64,000 bases of DNA. Source: Psammoneis japonica. Lineage: Eukaryota. Below the pieces are notes generated by a model. It saw only the letters and a list, made by a program, of their open reading frames with translations, did not search any database and had not been told where the DNA came from. The stretch covers positions 1 to 64,000 of the forward strand of contig QPGO01000083.1 in NCBI GenBank assembly GCA_008632985.1, given 5' to 3'. The position numbers and the translations under genes are program-made. Positions 12,241 to 25,206 of this stretch are shown in pieces; the stretch's first letter is position 1; every line of letters begins with the position of its first letter.

Positions 12241-15200
12241 TCAGAACGTCAATTTGCGTGACAAATGCAGCAACGCGTGGAGTTGTGGAGCGCTTCTTGA
12301 TTGGGACCATTGCTCTGAGCATTGGTCCATCAATGGACAGAGTGCAGTGCGTTTTCCTGTCCTCACTGCCTGCAGCCAGTGCCATTTAAAGTCAACGTCT
12401 TCTGCTTGCACTTCTTCCATTGTCCTTGTAAACCACCTGGCACACTGAGGTGAATCCAAGTGATGGTTGAAGAACAAATTGTGCTCTTCTTCAATCTCCC
12501 TGTCTAAGATGCTGTGTGCAGTGAGTTGCGATTCAGAGGCAGGGGATGCAGATGCTTGCATGCGTTGCTGCCACATGTCCCATGCTGTGTTCCACAACTG
12601 TTGCATCAAGCCTGCCACCCATCTTTTGCATGTGCACCTGCATCTGACAAAGTCACAATGAGCTTGTTGTGCTGCGGCCCATTCACTGGCCAAAAAACCT
12701 TGTGCAAATGAGCTCCCACCTGGGTTCTCTTGTGCTTTGAAGGCTTCCTGCATGTGTGGGTAATCCGAGCGTGGGTTGGGACTGGGAAGATCTTCGCACC
12801 AGGATGCAATGCTGCTGAGCACACCTTTCCAGATGTCGGGTTGTGTGAGGTTGTCAGTTGACCACTTTTCTGGGTTGGATGCCTTCTTCCTCCACAGTTC
12901 TTGAGCTGCAAATGCCTTGCATCACAGCACATGATCAATGTCTTTTTCATCCTTGCCGCATCTTGGACATGCTGGACTCTCCACCTTCTTCCAGCGGAAA
13001 AGCACGTTGTTTGCAGGTGCAAAACCGGTGTTCCATTTAGGTTGCCAGAGTTGTCTGAAGGTGGGGCAGCATTGCATCACTTTCCCAAGGGATTGCCAAT
13101 CAATTTTCAGTGGAGAGTGTTCCGTTCTCAGTTTCTTGTGCCAGCACTCTTCTGCCGGGGGTCCTCTTGTGTGATCCAGGACAGTTTGCTCTTGCCACAA
13201 AGTCAAGGTCTTACCTCGGAGCTGCACCAACCACATTGGTTGCTTGATTTTGCAGGGTGCTGTGTCGTCGTGTTGTTGGAGTGCTTCCCAGCACACCTTG
13301 GCTAGAAGATCCATTTTGACGTTCAGTTGTTCTAGGCAAGACAACTCTTGGAGAGGAGTGTTCTTGTCCTTGTGTCCTTCTGCCTCTGCCGCCTCCACAA
13401 CCACTGGCAGTTCTAGAGTCATTCCCCTGATTGGATGAATTAAGTCACAATTCATGAGCGATGGATCATCACATGAATTGCAGAAGCATGTCCGAAGTCC
13501 CACGTCACAGTCACAAGCCAATGACACTTTTCTGGAGCTGATGTTGCATTGTCTGCGCAGACGAAGGACAAACGCAACTGTGCCAAATGTGCCTCCCAAT
13601 TCTCCCCAGTGTGGTGTCAGATCATCCTCCACTCCAGGTGTTTGATTGGCTCCATGACATCTGTGTGTGTCTCCTTCACTTGGATCAAGAATCATTCCTG
13701 CGGTGGCCAAGCCGTCCTTGTGGGATCCGTCCATTGCACAAATCGCTGTGCCTGCTTCGATGCATCAAGCAAGAGCTTCCAAACTTGGGTGATGTCCGCA
13801 GGGAACAAAGGACCACTCAACATTGTCCAGAGGTCTCTCTGGGTCCCCTGTCCACAGCACCTCCAAAGTGGCTGTGGGGTTCATCTTAACACCTCTTCTT
13901 GTGACCTGAGTTGGCTTGGCATTGCGTGGCACAGTGTCCTCCATTCCATTTGATTGGCAACCCGCTCTTCTGTTGCTTCTTCGTTGGGGAGTTTTTGAGT
14001 GCATCTCCACACATCCATCCAGCTGACAGTGCAGTCTGTTGCAGCATTCCGAAAACCACCAATTCATTGTGGGTTTGCCTGTCCACTTCCCCAGAGGTCT
14101 TCTCAACAGCAGTTGTTCATTTCTGCCTGTTCTCAAGAAGCTTGCAGTTAGAGCTTCTTGCCACAGTCTCCAGCATGGTCTTGATGGGCACCCTGCTTTT
14201 GGCCAGCAGCACTTTGTCTGGCATTTTGTGGTGCTGTGCCAGCATTCAGGAAGAATCCTTTGCCCATCACCTGACACAACGTCCAACAGTCGCAATGAGT
14301 GCAGCCACATTCTGCAGATGTTGATCTTCTGCAGTTTCTCACCTTTGTGGCCATTTGCCTCCATCACTTCCATCAAGAATTGATCATTTTGCCACACTTT
14401 AGACACCACCCATGTGGGTGGTGTCAATTCAATGGAGTGCGCCAAGCAAAATTGCCACAGGGATTTCATCCAGGTTTTTGTTGCCAGGTTCCCAGCTTGT
14501 TGTAATCCAACAAGAAGACCAGGTTTTTGTTGCCAGGTTCCCAGCTTGTTGTAATCCAACAAGAAGACCTGATCTTCATGTCCCAGTTCCAGCACCATTG
14601 TCCAGTGCACCTGTTTGATCTCCATTCCTGTCATTGAAGCTGAGTCAATTTGTTGCAGAAATGCTGCCATTTTGGCAATGCCCTGCTTGACAAAGAATTC
14701 CGACAGACCCAGTCCGTTGAATTTCTTTGGTGCAAACAAATTTTTTCTTGGAAAGGAGCGTGGGCATCCCATTGCAGGCAGTGCCACCTCGCACAATGGT
14801 CTCTCCATTTGCACGCACTCTTTTTTTGTGAGCGAGGTGGCCGCCAGTGGGTGCTCTGACGATTTCATGATGCCACCTGCAAGAGAGAACCATGCTTCTG
14901 TTCCATTGAGGTGGCCGGAACACACTTGATCTGCCCATTTGACTGCCTTGGCCTCCATTGCTTCCACTTGCTCTGATGAATTCCATCCAAAGCAATGTGC
15001 ACCCCCAGTGACTCTCGTGCATCAGACACCTCAAGTCTTTCTGCTGCCACTTGGTTTCCTTTGTGATCCAGCAAGGCAATGTCTCCTGGGGTTTCCTCAA
15101 TGCTGTGGCACTCCCACCAGTCACTTTGCTGTTTGGAGGATGCAAGAGACCAGCAGCTCTTTTCTGGAGCTGAGGCTCCCCCGGCAGCACAAATTCCTCC

Positions 15201-18200
15201 TTCCCAGCAGTTTGACATGTCTTGAATTTCCTTCAATGCATCCTGGTGCATTGCATCATCACCTTTGGGAAAACATGGGAGGTCCGCATTGTCTGCAAAG
15301 GTGTGGCAAACACAGTGGTGTGCATGTTTTGAGACAGGAGCAACAGCTCGCATTCCATGTCCTTCCTCCTTGAGCATGTCAATGACTGGAATGCTGACAA
15401 CAAGCCACATTGCCGGAGCTGCTCCATGTCCTTGGAAGACACCTTGTGGTGGGATCTCAATGGCTCTGCATGGTTCCAAAGAGTCACCTTGCGCTGTTCT
15501 TACACAGTGCTTCATCTGCATGAGTGTTGCTTTCATCATAAACACCTCATCCTTGCCAGCTCCAAATCTCCGCATGCACAATGCCGCCGCTGCATGGAGA
15601 ATGCAACTGCAACACGATTTTGCGTCAGTGCTGTTTGTGGCACCCGGTCCATGTGATCAATGGAACATGTCACCTGTCAAAACCTTGTTCAGGGCGCAAA
15701 AAACAGCTTGGTGTCTTCTCCTGCTTCTGCATGCCTCCCAAGGGATCGCTCTGTGCATCTCTGCATTGTCAACCAGTGCTCTCGTGCAGTGCTTGTTCAT
15801 CTTGTTGTGCATTGCATTGAAGAGAACGATGATTTGCAGCTTCTTAACGTGTGTCGAGTCTGTCTTCTTTGGCATCATGACGTTGACAGCCTTTGTCCAG
15901 CATTTCGGCGTGCATCCATGTTTTGCTGGAATGGCTGGCATGCAAGTGTCCAACTCTGCTGTGGTCTCATCCTTGCAACCTGCTTCACAATCCAAGAAGG
16001 ATGGACCGAATGGACTGCTGGCTGCATGAGCCTTCATCTTCTTCCAGCCTTGTGCATGCTCCTTGGCAGTGCATTCCAACTTGAGATTTGGAAGTGGAGG
16101 GTCGGGTCTTTTCAGCTGTTTGATGTGCCTCACCGCGTGTTCATCTGCTTCTGGTGGAATCACACAGGTCCCATCTAGAACTCTTTGCTGCCAGAGCATC
16201 TGCATTGAAACCGAAGTCCTGCAGCAGGGGTTCCTTCACAAATGGAACTTTGCACTGGTCTGTGCTTGTTTGACCGCATCTTGATTGGCCTTCTCCTTTT
16301 CATGCTTCCTCCATGCCTGCCTTGGTCAAGAAAACCCTGTCCTTGCCATCTGGGCCTGGCACGGTCAATGTTTGTAGCGCCAATCGTGGTTTGCCCATCA
16401 TGCATTTAATGCATCTGAATGTCCTTTTCTGTCGGCAGCTGTGTCTGATCAGACGTTCTTCTTTCTCTCTGGAGGCACCGTGTGCTTCCGCTCTCTTTGC
16501 ACAATGGGTTTTGAACTCATCCTGCCTTGGTTTTGCTGCTTGGCATTTCAGCCTGTGACACCTTTTCATGGCTGGTTTGTGTTCTTGTTGGATTTGGTGA
16601 GGGCACAAATGCAGTGCGTCTTCTCTTCCTGTGTGTTTCATGTGCCGCTCTATGATCTTCATGCTGACTCATCGGAATTGGTGAAGCTTGGATGCCAGTC
16701 ACCACAGATGGATTTCCTTCCTTGCTTTGTCAATGACATTGCTTGATTCCACCTCATTCATGTGCAGTTTTCTGCATTTCTCCTTTGCTTCTTCTCCAAT
16801 CTGATGGTTGAGGTTGAAGATCATTTCATGTTCTTGTTGTTCTTCCAATCCAAACTCGTCCGCATTTTCCAGCCGGATGGCCCTTCTGAGGAGGTCATGT
16901 TTCTGGATCCCTTCCACTGCGAGTTTTGTGTGCTTCTTTATAACTTTCGGGTCTTTCAGCTTTGCTGCCAGTCAATCCGCCGCAGTGTCAGCCAACCTTG
17001 GTGGTGCACAGCCAAGGGCACTCGATTTTGATGCGTCAATCCATGACAAGCAATGATCGGAGGTGCAGTCGAATTCCCCGAAGCCAGTCATTCCTGCCTT
17101 CATCACTGTCAAAGAGGGTGAAACCAAGATTGCGTCCACCGGGACATTAGAGCGGTTCTTGTCACAGGTTGCTGCAGCGAGAAGGTCTGAATGGTGCTCT
17201 TTCACGGCATCAATCAGATTGAGAGACCTGTGCCATGCAATGAATTGGGTTCCTTGTACATTCTTGTTGAAGTCACCGCCCAGTGCAACAAGATCTCCAG
17301 CTTCTTGCCATTTCTTAATGCATTTGGCCAAGTCTTCTAGAACCCCCTAGAACCACTTGTCTTGGACATTGGAGATCATTGTTCAACACCAAGTGTGTTT
17401 CTTGCTGTGAGTGTGCTCTTCCCGGGTTTGCTTGGTTGTCTCGAACAGGTCGGCAAACCGTCATGATTCTTGTGTGAATCCCTGATTTTCCTCTCAACTG
17501 ATTCCAGATCCATCTTCCTGAGCCTAAGGGGTCTTCTCCACTTGATGCAAGGTGATGGTTCACCGATCTTGTCAATGGATGTCCCACGCCTCCATGCTGT
17601 TGCTTGGTTTCTGCCAAGCAGTGTTTGTTTGTTGCCACAAGGGAGCCACTGCGTGAGAGGTTCCTCCATCCATCTTTCCATTGGTCAAATTTGGGGATTC
17701 TCGCAAAGTTGAGGTTGATTTCCACTGGTCCCAGCACATCAGCATGATGATCATTGACCCAGTTCATGATCCCTTTGTGTTTGTCTTCTGCCAAAGGGGA
17801 GACCGGCAGACTGACCAGTGCCAAGGAGTTACGCTGTGAGGTTGAATCCTTTCTGTCCGGCACGGGCAGGTGCCGCAAGAGCCAAGAAGTTGCCGAGGAG
17901 TTCGCCGCCGCGCTCCAGGCTGAGCCCATCAAGACGCTCGGATGCGCCAAGCTCGCCCAACTGCAGATGAGGCTGGCTTGCTCCCTCATTGTTGTGCTTG
18001 ACAGCAGTTTTGTCACCCCAAGATTCGTCCAGGCGCTGACTGTCATTTTCCTCATTTACATCCTCCTTTGCAGTCATCAACATTCCCACTGAGGACGGCG
18101 GAGACTGGGGATCTTGACCCGCTCCCTCGGCCTGGGAGCTGGGAAGGTCTTCCAAGACATCATTTTGGATGTCTTCTGGGGCCGGACCACTGTTCGAATC

Positions 18201-20390
18201 TTTTGCTGCACACAGCATTTCTGGCTCTTGTGTCAATGCCTTGTTTTCTTCTTGTGCTTCTTTGAGTTTAGCTCTGGTCAACGGAGTGGTCTTGACAGAA
18301 GCGTCTTTGTCTTGTTCGCATTTGTGATGATCTTCCAGATTTTCCATGTTGAAGGTGACATTCTTGTTTGTGACTTTGGTGCATTGCACATCGTTGTCCT
18401 TGTTCCTGAGGTGACCAACCAATTCTACGTCTGCCGCTTGAGCCAGTTTTTTGGCTGCTTGTTGAGCAGCTGTGGGGGGTGCTTTTGAATTTCCCTCCAT
18501 TGGATTTCCTTCATGTTTGGCACTCGGCTCCAGTTTGTCTCCTTCTTTCAAGGATTCTTGTTTGTTGTCGTTCATTGTGTGTTGTTTCTTGGCTGTCCAA
18601 AGGGCTTCCACACCCCAAGGATCTTCGATGATCATGTCCGACAGGGTCTCACTGTCCTTTGATGACGTTTGTCCGGTTTCAGGGTCATGTTCTGCATCTG
18701 CATGCATGGCGATTCCAGAGGCAGTGAACCAGGGTTCTGCATTGGCTCCAAAGATGTGAAGGCACTCAGGAACAACATTGTTTGCCATCTGAGACACTTG
18801 ATCAACAGATTTTTGCGGAAATGCAATGACATGATCCGTTGGCCTGTTCCACTTGACGTTGATGTGATGAATGAGTGGTGTGATTTTTCCTGGGTCAGTT
18901 GGATCCGGGATCCTCTTGCGCATGAGGTGTTGGCACAGGGAGATTTCACCTCCAGTGGTCTTGATCCTGGTGTCTGGTTTGTCAAAAAAGCTGCAATCCA
19001 TCTGTCCGACAACTTTCTGGCAGAAGAAGTGCTGACATTTTTGCAGTTTGTTGATGTTCTGCTTGGCTTCATTTGATGCATGCCAAGTGGTGGAGTTAGA
19101 GCAGCAGGGTGCAAAGCTCAACTCCAATCCCAATGCTTTCTTCCTTGCTCCAACTCTCCACAGTCGTTCTGCCGCCATTTTGACTTCACGCGCTTTGCTG
19201 GTCTTGACGACAACATGAAGAGCTTCTGGGTGTTTGTCTTGTTCTTTCCTGTTGAATGTCGGGCGTCTTCCATCTCATCCCGCAACAGCTCTCCATTGGA
19301 TGCCAAGACTGTCACAGTCTTGTCCCAAACCAAGAGCATTGCAAAACTGTTGGTGAAGAGTTTTTTCACTCATGGTTTTGGCGCTTTGATGCAGCCAGCC
19401 AATGGCTTCAAAACAAGTTGATTGGCAGGGCATGAGATTCCTGCCCACGGAGAATTTTCCTTGTTCCATGTCATCAAAGACTCCTGTCAGCTGCAGTCCG
19501 CATTTTGCCATGGTTCTGCAGCTGCAATCTTCTGACACTTGAAGAAGCTGCAGTTGGCAGCAGATCATGTGCTCATTGTTTGCCTTTGGGTTGAGACAGT
19601 CAACTCCTGGAAAGGCACTGAGAATCTCTCTTTCTTTGGCAAGTCCTTCAGGAATGTCATCTGGAGTGTTTGATTCTCCAAATGTCTCTTCTAGATCAGG
19701 ATCCCAAGTTCCAATACAAACTTCCTTGCCTGGCATCTCCTGTGCAATGGCAAAAGCCTCTTTTGGCACAGAGGCAACCGTTTTTAGCAGCTTTGCTGAG
19801 GGCGGAATGGTGAGAAAGGCGTTGCATCTCATTTGGCACCAGGGAGTGTGGTCAGCAATTTCCGGTTCTTGTGAGGTTTCTTGAGATTCTTTGGATTCAT
19901 TCAGATTCTGACTGTTCTCTTCATTGGAGGATGCAGTGTGATTCTTGCTCGTCAGTTGCTGGAGGGCGTCCTCTTCTGATGCTTCTTCTTCCATGTGATC
20001 TTCTTCTGCAGTTGAGAGGTTTGCTGGAGCAACAGTCTTGGCAGTGCTTCCTTCTCGGGTTTTTCTTCCTTGAGTGAATGGTTTGTCATTGTCTGGAGTG
20101 ACGTTTCCTTCTGTCACAGTCTTTCCTTGGTGCACGTGTTGTGCGCAGAATTTGCACCAGAACTCTTGTTTTTTGCCAGCTTCCATTTGTCCCTTTCGTT
20201 TGTGTCTTCCTCCTGTTGAATCATTTCTGCACTTTCATTGTTGTTTCCTTTACCTTTTTTTCTTTTTGTCTCCTTTGCGTGGGGATGTGTTTTTCTTGCC
20301 GCCGGCGTTGCGGCATTTGGCAGGTGCCATGGTGTGATTTTTTTAGCTTGGTGTTTGTGCGCACGTGCGAGTTGTCCGACCATCGGCTCA
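12241..20390 (-). mobile_element. Near full-length non-LTR retrotransposon (ORF1 + APE-RT-RNase H-CCHC ORF2), Ambal-like, inactivated
   Basis: ORF1 ~20331-18070. APE (DVLGPVEIN; SGRW; LGGDFN; VDAI; SDH) ~17780-17040. RT (QGVFQGHGAAP; FADNADL from FVDDTDL) ~16100-14900. RNase H (DGSHKDG; GELGG; CDC; GHKD; NVKMDLLAK) ~13735-13290. C-terminal CPRCGKDE.DIDHVL ~12970-12925. Multiple frameshifts. The clade is assigned from domain order only. Confidence 0.88.
14470..14569. repeat. Perfect 49-bp tandem duplication inside LINE ORF2
   Basis: ccaggtttttgttgccaggttcccagcttgttgtaatccaacaagaaga at 14470-14518 and 14519-14567. Confidence 0.92.
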
Positions 20391-20399
20391 TGGTCCAAC

Positions 20400-21728
20400 C
20401 CATGCTCCTCCCTCTCCCTTTACCGTGTCTTCCATCATTGCACTCCCATTCTCCTCTGCTTCGACTCCTCTTCCTTCGTGTCCCTCAAGCATGCCATCGA
20501 ACACCATGACCTGCACGGCCTTGCCCAATGCCTTCACCTTCATCACCACAAAACCAACACTCTTCCTCAGATCCTTGCCAATCCTTCCATGCAACCAGCC
20601 CTTCCATCCCTTCCATCTCCTCTGACAAGCCTTTGCCCACATTCCCTCTCCCAATCCTCCGCCTCCAATCAACTTCCCTCACACCTTTTCACACTGCTCC
20701 TCCTCCGCAAGCTGCGCCTCCCTGCAATTCCTGCCGCCTTGCTCCAACACGACTGTCCATGCAGTCACACCCGCCCCAACCCCTTTGGTGATCATGCCTT
20801 TGCATGCTCCAAAATGCATGAAAGCCTGCTGTCCAACCACATCCGCGACACCATCTGCACCATCATCGACACCCTGGGTCCTCTTTGCGGCCTGTGCCTC
20901 TCCCGACAACAAGCACATCTTGAACCACCCGGCCTTCTCGCTGACCACCCCCTTGAATGCCCCGCCGATGTTGGCACTCAACTTGCTCCCAGCTCCACAC
21001 CACCCAACGCCCCATCCACTCATCACTTCTTGGCCATCGACATCACTGTGCCACCAGCTCCCCCGGTTCCTGCACCTGGCTTGCCTGTCCCTGAAAACCC
21101 ATTGAACAAGGTTCACCTCAGCAGTGCACGGGACAAGCTTGTTGGTCACTCTACCCAATCTATTGCCAACTCTGATGTCATTGATGCCATCAGCCAAGCA
21201 GGCCTCTTCCTTTTCCCTTTCACCTTCGACCACCCAGCAGGCGGCATCGGACGCCATTTTCATGTCTTCTTCTTCGGATCCTCCTCTTCTGCATCCGCCT
21301 CTGTCCTGCCCCTCCCACCCAAACCACCCTGGACAAGCCCATCACCCTTCTCCAACTCTCAAGCATCCTTCTCTGCCTTCACCAACTCACTGCTTGCCCC
21401 TTCTGACCTCCTCAGCCACTCCAAAACGGCCTGGAAAAACTGCTGTCCCCGGACCGCTTCGGCTCTTCCCATCACACTGCCACACCTCAACTCTGGGCTT
21501 CCCAAATCCTCAGCCTCAACTTTGGCTGTGCTCTCTCCCACCACCTCTCTTCACACCGTGATCAATTACTTCATCACCCGCCCAACGGTGCCTCTGTTGC
21601 CATCCAACTCTTCGCCTCAACCGTCTGTCCGCACTTTAGGCCCTCCCTTTTTTTCTCCATCCCCAAGCGCGCTTCGCGCACCTCTCCCGCCACACATGCA
21701 CAGCAACCATCTAGTGCCGGTATCTTGA
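20400..21728 (+). mobile_element. 5'-truncated RLE-type (CRE-like) non-LTR retrotransposon, C-terminal zinc finger + restriction-like endonuclease
   Basis: RKLRLP...CPC...NPFGDHAFAC...SNHIRD...LEPPGL...CPADV (from RPADV)...LAIDITV...LFPFTFDH; pyrimidine-rich coding strand. Confidence 0.75.
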
Positions 21729-21848
21729 AGTCGCTCCTCTCCTGAAACAAACCTCGAAAATAGACAACCATGAGATTGCTGTTGCTATCCGTGTTCTCGT
21801 CTTTCCTTTTGGACGGCGCTTTTGGGGTGAGGGTCGCTGTCATCATTT

Positions 21849-21852
<4 letters not shown>

Positions 21853-21898
<46 letters not shown>
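21853..21898. repeat. (CA)23 microsatellite
   Basis: Perfect CA run downstream of the RLE element. Confidence 0.95.
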
Positions 21899-21899
<1 letters not shown>

Positions 21900-23445
21900 G
21901 GTCTTGGGCAAGGTGACACTCTTTCTGGCAACACGCGTCCATTGAATGTCGAGTGGAAGCAGGTTGCGTCGTGAACACAACGGAAATTTTCATAAGACTT
22001 TCTTTTGGCTCGCGAGTGGCACTGTCCAAGGATGGAACCACATTTGGCCTTCAGAAATTGATCAAGCGGTCTCTCCAGGGCATGTCGCCTTGAGGGCTCT
22101 GAGCAGAGTGCTTCAGAAAAAGATTGGGGTCAAGCGGGCCAGCGCTGATGCACTCAACAACATGCGAACAATTGCGCCGAAAAGGGACCTGAAATTGAAC
22201 GGCAACTTCATCACACTGGTGGTTGGTAGCACAGAGAAAACAAAAGCGTGTACGAATGTAGGCAGGAAGCCTGGAAACAGTTCGTTTTTAGTCAAGGGTG
22301 GCATTTCATTAGTCTATCCCTGAAGTGACGAGGGCCAGGTTTACGAAAGGGGCTTGTGTTTTTGCCAGTGTGTACAACAAATGCAAGTTCATGGATACTT
22401 GTGGGCTGTGGAATTGCATCATTTCTACCACCACCAATAGTCATGGATTTGACTCAGCCAATACTCGACAACTTCAGAGATACTGTACGACATTTACGGG
22501 TTCAGCCATTAGCTTGAGTGGTTCTGGAGCGAATATTGGAGTTAGGTCTCGCAAGGAAATGATATTCCAACATGGATGACCTCGTTGGGGCAGTGCAGTT
22601 TATTCGTGCCAGTACGAGTTCTTCCGTGTCAAAATGGTCTCTAATGGGAGACGCCACACGAGACTACGCGTTGGATTTCTTGGACTCTGAACCCTCTTGT
22701 CTTTTCAATTGCTGCAGTCTAGTCGTAGCTGCGGGCACCGACAGTAATGCATTGCGGTATGTATTCGTTTGATAATTTTACGTATACTTGGAAGGAACGG
22801 TCAGCGTCTTCCTGCCATTGAAAGCGGCCAAGAAGTGCCGTGCTGTTGACTACGATTTGTCGCTGATCACTGAGCGAAAACGACCAAGTTGTATGAGCAT
22901 CGCTGTTTCGTCTTTGGGATACCAAGAAGATCAAGGTACTGTACTGGTGGTTGAAGCAATCTATATATGAAGGCGCGGGTGATAGCTATTCAATATATTA
23001 TGATGATAAGCTCAAGTTGGATCCATCTAGGCCAGGATCTTGGGTGCCGAGTACTTTCAGAGCAATTTGGCACGTCCATTCAGCTGTCGGCCAACGGAGC
23101 AGCGCTTGCTATTCCAGGCAGTGGAAACGTTGATCCGGGTTGTTGAACCATTGGGCCGCATTGGGACGGTGCGTTTTCACTCATTCAATCTTGAGCCTGG
23201 CGCGGGTAATAATGTGGTTCGTGGTTCGCGATGTACCCTGTCCTCATTTAGTGCCTAGTAGAGCATGTCAGCCTTTGTGGACCCAGGAGATATTGGTCAA
23301 AAAGCACTATTAAACGTTATGAACTTTCGTTTTTGCAAGAGCCCGCTCTGGCTTCATGACACCATACAAGTAAGGATGTATATCAGAGTCGTTGTTGCTT
23401 TCTTTGACGCCACTCGTTGATCTGTCACGCTCTCTATTTCTCTCG

Positions 23446-23496
23446 AACGAACGAACGAACGAATCGGCACACACACACACTCTCTCTCTCTCTCTC
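23446..23496. repeat. Compound microsatellite (CGAA)n-(CA)n-(CT)n
   Basis: gaacgaacgaacgaacgaa...cacacacacacactctctctctctctctc. Confidence 0.85.
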
Positions 23497-23918
23497 CGGA
23501 CAGGTTATTGCTATGGCACCAATGTGAACAATATTTGCGAATGAGCGAAAAGTATCACAGTGCTTCACATGAGAATTCGTACCCCAGAATGCAGTACATT
23601 GAATACATGGCCTGACTCGCACCATACCTAATATGCAAAAAAGATGCCGACAGATTTCCGAAAATACTCGTTATGATGCTGTCTGGAGAGTAAATCAGGC
23701 GTAGTGTGCCGTGTGCTAGTAGAGATGATCGCGATATAGTGTATTGTAAAACAGGAATGTATTTTAGGTATCGAAGACAAATATTGTTTATACATTATTC
23801 CTCCGTACAACACTTCTTGCGGTGTACTCAAATAGCAGGTATGATGTTTTTTAATATAAACACTTTACACTACTTGTTGTTTGTCACATGAACAAGAGAA
23901 GGCAGTTTGTCCATGCTT

Positions 23919-25013
23919 TTAAGCACGACGACGGAGCTGCTGGTTGTTCGCGGCGTGCTCGTCATCAACAAGTTCACGAGATCCGTGAGCGTAAAGATCG
24001 TCATTCATGTTGTCGGCCTGGGACCTCATGTCCATGCACATCTTGTCAAAGCTCGAGGCTGAAATGAGATGGCACTTGCGGTCAACCTGCCAGGTGATGG
24101 GAGCAAACGGGGAGCACATCTCGTTGTCACGGGAGGTGCCGGTGGTGGAACCAGTGTACTTCGCAACATCAGTTCCCTTGTCACCATCGACAATCATACC
24201 TCGGAATAAGTCGGGGTAGTGGTAGTTCTCATCATTGACAATGGTAAAGACTTGGGACTGAACACCAATCTGCTGAGCAGTGTTGGTGATAACGTCGTCG
24301 CGGCAAAAAACACCATCGTAAAAGGGAGTCTGGTACTGGAAGGGCGTACCACAGGCACCAGCAGCAGAGTGGGGCCAGTGAACTTCGTAGGTTTGGCCAA
24401 CCATCATACCAATACAGTGCTGCCAGTCAAAGGGAGTGGTGAACTTGGGGTCGTTTTCATCATAGTACTTGCAACGGAATCCCTGACGGCCTTCGTGGAA
24501 ATCAAGGGGACCGGTGCCGTTCTCGTCAAACTCACCAGCGGAGTAGTGCTCGGCACCAAGATGCCAGTGTACATTGACGGGGCACAAGCCGGCCTCAAAG
24601 TATGAGGTGGTGATGGGTTCAGCGTCGGTGTCCCTATCGCCATTGTAGCCCTTGGTGACGTTCGAACCGGATTGCTCGCCGGTTTGGGTCATCTCGTCAA
24701 TCACACAAGCAACATTGGGCAACTCGGGACGCTTGCCCTGGCAAGGGTTGGGTCCTTCAACGGTGGCGACCTCCACCTTCTTCTTGTTCTTGTTCCTTTC
24801 GTTGTCGCGATCAACAGCGAGGTAGATGGTAGAGATGAGGAGACCAATGGTACACGCCCCAAGGAAAGCCATGAGAAGCTTCATCCTCTTGAGCTGAACC
24901 TTTGCCACCATCACCGTTGCGCCAGAAGACGAAGCACGACTAGCATCATCTTGGTGGCCAGTCTTCTCAATGGTGGAGGCGCCGGTCTCGATTTCGGTGG
25001 TTTCCTTGCACAT
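23919..25013 (-). CDS. Delta-class carbonic anhydrase with N-terminal membrane anchor
   Basis: Intact 364-aa ORF. Motifs LCPVNVHWHLGAEHYS, YEVHWPHSAAGAC, YTGSTTG, CS...PITWQVDRKCHLISASSFDKMC. Hydrophobic segment LLMAFLGACTIGLLISTIYLAV. Confidence 0.93.
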   Translation of the reverse strand: MCKETTEIETGASTIEKTGHQDDASRASSSGATVMVAKVQLKRMKLLMAFLGACTIGLLISTIYLAVDRDNERNKNKKKVEVATVEGPNPCQGKRPELPNVACVIDEMTQTGEQSGSNVTKGYNGDRDTDAEPITTSYFEAGLCPVNVHWHLGAEHYSAGEFDENGTGPLDFHEGRQGFRCKYYDENDPKFTTPFDWQHCIGMMVGQTYEVHWPHSAAGACGTPFQYQTPFYDGVFCRDDVITNTAQQIGVQSQVFTIVNDENYHYPDLFRGMIVDGDKGTDVAKYTGSTTGTSRDNEMCSPFAPITWQVDRKCHLISASSFDKMCMDMRSQADNMNDDLYAHGSRELVDDEHAANNQQLRRRA

Positions 25014-25188
25014 GGTGTGTGTTCTTTCAGATCTTTCAGATGCAACGATGAATCATCCACGGATTTTGTGAGAAGTGTTTGGTGTTTGTGAGCGAGCAGT
25101 GAGAAGCGCGGAAGAAGGATGTACTCGGATTGGCGTGCTGGCGTATCGAGTATCGCTCGAGAATTCACAGCTTCAACATTTCTTGCCA

Positions 25189-25206
25189 CCACGTCATTCC
25201 ACGTCA
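25189..25206 (-). promoter_or_regulatory. Tandem TGACGT(GG) bZIP sites (CCRE-like) upstream of delta-CA
   Basis: ccacgtca at 25189-25196 and 25199-25206 (TGACGTGG on the gene strand), 10 bp apart, ~180 bp upstream of the ATG. Confidence 0.55.

Noticed and set aside
21900..23260. Protein-coding gene between the (CA)n tract and delta-CA
   Set aside because: Only short, interrupted ORFs with no recognisable motif.
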